Below, in pieces: positions 61,187 to 64,000 of a stretch of 64,000 nt of DNA. Position numbers and translations under genes: made by a program. The notes below the pieces were generated by a model. The model did not search any database and was not told the origin of the DNA. It saw nothing but the letters and a program-made list of their open reading frames with translations. Position 1 is the stretch's first letter, and the number at the start of each line of letters is the position of its first letter. Source of the DNA: an uncultured Actinomycetota bacterium (GTDB taxonomy: Bacteria; Actinomycetota; Acidimicrobiia; Spongiisociales; UBA5794); contig CAWEEG010000002.1 of assembly GCA_963808015.1 (NCBI GenBank), positions 1,114 through 65,113 on the forward strand. The letters run 5' to 3'.

Positions 61187-62058
61187 CAGCAGCAGGTTTC
61201 ATCTCCGTCGTTGGACGACCGAACGTCGGCAAGTCGACGCTGGTGAATGCCCTGGTCGGTGAGAAGGTGGCGATCACATCACCAAGGCCGCAGACCACAC
61301 GAAACACGATCCGAGGTGTCGCCACGGCGGGAGAAATCCAGCTCGTGCTCGTCGACACCCCCGGTCTACACAAGCCGAGAAATGTCCTCGGTGAACGCCT
61401 CAATGCCCTCGTGTACGGGTCGATCGCCGAAGCGGACGCAGCGTTGTTCGTCCTCGACGCGCAGCAGCCAATCGGACCGGGCGATCGCCTCATCGCCGAG
61501 CGGCTCACCGAAGCCGGTTCGCCGGTTGTTGTGGCCGTCAACAAGTCCGACCGCGCATCACACCAGGAAATCCTCCTGCAACTCACACGTGCGGGGGAGT
61601 GGGGGTTCCACGCGTACGTTCCGATCTCAGCGCTGAAGGGCGACGGCCTTGATGCTCTTCGAAGCGAGCTCGAGCCGCTCATGCCGGAGAGCCCGTTCTT
61701 CTTCCCTCCCGACATGCACAGTGACCAGCCGGATCGGCTGCTCGCGGCCGAACTGGTGCGCGAGAAGTACCTCGCTCGGTTGCGCGACGAGCTGCCGCAC
61801 TCCCTGGCCGTGGTGGTCGGTGATATCGAGGAGCGTGACAACGGTGCGCTCTTCATCCCAGCGTCGATCTACATCGAGCGACAGTCGCAGAAGGGGATGG
61901 TCATCGGGAAGGGCGGCGAGCTGATCAAGACCGTCGGAGCCGAGACACGCAAGGAACTCGAGAGCCTCTTCGGAGTGCCGGTGTTCCTGGACCTCCGCGT
62001 CAAGGTGGAAAAGGACTGGCAGCGCAAAGACGAGACGTTGGACCGCATGGGGTTCTGA
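61183..62058 (+). CDS. era: GTPase Era
   Basis: GRPNVGKS, DTPG, NKSD, KGMVIGKGG. Confidence 0.97.
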   Translation: MTAAGFISVVGRPNVGKSTLVNALVGEKVAITSPRPQTTRNTIRGVATAGEIQLVLVDTPGLHKPRNVLGERLNALVYGSIAEADAALFVLDAQQPIGPGDRLIAERLTEAGSPVVVAVNKSDRASHQEILLQLTRAGEWGFHAYVPISALKGDGLDALRSELEPLMPESPFFFPPDMHSDQPDRLLAAELVREKYLARLRDELPHSLAVVVGDIEERDNGALFIPASIYIERQSQKGMVIGKGGELIKTVGAETRKELESLFGVPVFLDLRVKVEKDWQRKDETLDRMGF

Positions 62059-62185
62059 GGCAGACGCTAGACAGGAGACACGAGACATTAGACGCGGACC
62101 CACCGTCTCGTGTCTCGTGTCTAGCGTCTCTGATACTCGCTGTTGCTCCCCAGCTACTTGGAAGTGCGGCGGTACCCTGCGGCGC

Positions 62186-62904
62186 ATGGCGCTCTACGAC
62201 GACACGGGGATTGTGCTTCGGTCGTATTCGTTTGGTGAGGCGGACAAGGTTGTTGTCCTGATCAGCCCGAATCGGGGGAAGCTGCGCACGGTGGCCAAGG
62301 GTGTGCGCAAGACGAAGAGCAGATTCGGTGGCCGGCTCGAAACGCTCACACACGTCGAACTTGTCCTCTACGAGGGCAAGAACCTGGACATGATCACCCA
62401 GGTCTCGATCGTCGAGGCCTTCCCGACGTTGCGTCAGCATCTCGACCGGGTTGTCACGGCAGGAACGATGATCGAGATTGCCGACGTGATCGCCCAGGAG
62501 GAAGAACCGGCGAGGCGGCTCTTCCTGCTGCTCCAACGTGGTCTTCGGGCACTCGACGGCGTCGAACCACATCCCGATCTCCTCACGGCATATCTCCTCA
62601 AGGCTGCCGCGATCATGGGAGTCGCTCCGGCCCTTGAACACTGCGCCGGATGTGGCGCCGACGACGGGCTCACGCGGTTCAGCTTCGCCGCCGGTGGAGC
62701 GCTCTGCGACCGGTGCCGGACGACCGGGTCGTACGCATTGCGGGCCGGTGTCACCGACTATCTCGCGGCTGCTGCTGCGGCGGATTTTCGGCGCTGCCGG
62801 AAGCCGACCCGACGATGTCAGGCGATGCGATGGGCGTCACTCGTCGCTTTGTCGAGTACCACCTCGAACGACCCCTCGACTCGATGGCGTTGCTTGATGC
62901 CTAA
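62186..62904 (+). CDS. recO: DNA repair protein RecO, frameshift near the 3' end
   Basis: GEADKVV...GKLRTVAKGVRKTKSRFGGRLE; CxxC zinc motifs. Confidence 0.93.
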
Positions 62905-63610
62905 GGACTCGTTCATCTTGGACCCGGAGCGAATCCCACGACACGTCGCCATCATCCTGGATGGCAACGGCCGGTGGGCGAACGCCCGTGGCCTGCCCCG
63001 CACCGCCGGCCATGCGCAGGGAGAACCCGCGTTGTTCGACGTCGTGCATGGTGCTCTCGAACTTGGTCTCGAGTGGTTGACCGTCTACACGTTCTCGACC
63101 GAGAACTGGTCGAGGGATGCCGACGAAGTGGCGTTCCTCATGGAGTTCAACGTCGACCTGCTCGAACGGCGAAGAGACGAACTCGACGAACTCGGCGTCC
63201 GGGTGATCTTCATCGGTGACCACGATGACCCCCGCATCCCATCGGCCGTTCTCGATCGGATGCGGATTGCCGAGGAGCAGACGGCGGGTAACACGCGCCT
63301 CAACATGGTCTACGCCTTCAACTACGGAGGACGGACCGAAATAGCCAGCGCCGCCCGCTGGATCGCCGAGGAAGTTGCTGCCGGCACACTCGAGCCGGCT
63401 GATGTGGATGAGAGGGCGTTCAGCGCTCGGCTCTACCGGCCGGACATGCCGGATCCCGACCTGCTCATCCGCACGTCGGGGGAGCAGCGGATCTCCAACT
63501 TCCTCCTCTGGGAATCGGCCTACGCCGAATTCGTGTTTACCCCCGTCCTCTGGCCCGACTTCGACAGAGAAGAACTCGCCGCGCTGCGTCGCCGAGTATC
63601 AAGCGCGTGA
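62897..63610 (+). CDS. uppS: Undecaprenyl diphosphate synthase
   Basis: HVAIILDGNGRWA, FSTENW, DLLIRTSGEQRISNFLLW. Confidence 0.95.
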   Translation: MPKDSFILDPERIPRHVAIILDGNGRWANARGLPRTAGHAQGEPALFDVVHGALELGLEWLTVYTFSTENWSRDADEVAFLMEFNVDLLERRRDELDELGVRVIFIGDHDDPRIPSAVLDRMRIAEEQTAGNTRLNMVYAFNYGGRTEIASAARWIAEEVAAGTLEPADVDERAFSARLYRPDMPDPDLLIRTSGEQRISNFLLWESAYAEFVFTPVLWPDFDREELAALRRRVSSA

Positions 63611-63765
63611 CCGAAGGTTCGGGAAGGCAGGCGACAGACCCGAGACCTGAGACTCGAGACTTGAGACCCGAGCGATCACCCTCTCGTGTCTCGTGTCTCG
63701 TGTCTCGAGTCTTGACTCTTGTCTCCCATTACCATCCCGGGCCAATCACTGACTGAGAGAGATTC

Positions 63766-64000
63766 ATGCCCGCCGACTTCGACACGATCGTCAACCTCGC
63801 CAAGAAGCGAGGGTTCGTCTTCCAATCATCCGAAATCTATGGGGGAATCCGGTCGGCCTACGACTACGGGCCACTCGGTGCAGAACTCCTCCGCAACGTG
63901 AAGGACCAGTGGTGGCGGTCGATGGTGCAACTCCGCGACGACGTGGTCGGGATCGACAGCGCCGTCATCCAATCTCCGAAGGTCTGGGTCGCCTCTGGTC
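63766..64000 (+). CDS. glyQS: Glycine--tRNA ligase (homodimeric type), 5' part
   Basis: Manual translation [27 protein letters not shown]...YDYGPLG; runs off the window. Confidence 0.92.
   Translation, partial: MPADFDTIVNLAKKRGFVFQSSEIYGGIRSAYDYGPLGAELLRNVKDQWWRSMVQLRDDVVGIDSAVIQSPKVWVASG

Noticed and set aside
29240-63000. Apparent mass pseudogenisation or programmed frameshifting (leuS, rpsT, holA, hrcA, recO, ybeY, comEC, ABC genes)
   Set aside because: Essential genes are hit as often as accessory ones by single-base indels, which points to uncorrected long-read error. For the same reason, frameshifts in cassette genes and transposases cannot be read as inactivation.
62117-63610. RecO-UppS fusion (497-aa ORF)
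   Set aside because: The recO C-terminus and stop are in ORF 62650-62904, overlapping the uppS ATG at 62897; the fusion is an indel artefact.

Overview
High-GC actinobacterial DNA, most likely class Acidimicrobiia (inferred from gene content). Single-base frameshifts occur even in essential genes (leuS, rpsT, holA), so I treat them as uncorrected long-read errors. The window has two parts. (1) An accessory region, ~0.9-23.6 kb, ending at a 3'-half copy of tRNA-Ala(GGC). It contains about 12 copies of a ~28-bp dif/lox-like site (11-bp arm, 6-bp spacer, 11-bp arm; typical form CCCGCCCATAG-GTGCCG-ATATGGGCGGG). The sites separate mostly single-gene modules that encode lipoproteins or secreted proteins, arranged around one XerC/D-like tyrosine recombinase gene (10835-11752). 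Sites left of the recombinase all face one way and sites right of it face the other way. All six intact IS copies in the window (five IS110-family copies of three types, one IS30) sit inside the spacer of one of these sites. The IS110 non-coding ends carry bridge-RNA-like guide segments matching both the site and their own circle junction. This integron-like but non-IntI, non-attC cassette array and its IS parasites are the main candidate novel system. (2) Mostly core genome, 23.9-64 kb: a methyltransferase/sulfatase operon, proA-like, leuS, comEA, comEC, a ~10.6-kb block (xylose-type ABC transporter, vanadium haloperoxidase-like, CRTAC1, M24-like), holA, greA, rpsT, lepA, hemW, hrcA, dnaJ, a BldD homologue, phoH, 7TM-HD hydrolase, ybeY, HlyC/CorC, era, recO, uppS and the start of glyQS. 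All alignments and counts were done by eye.
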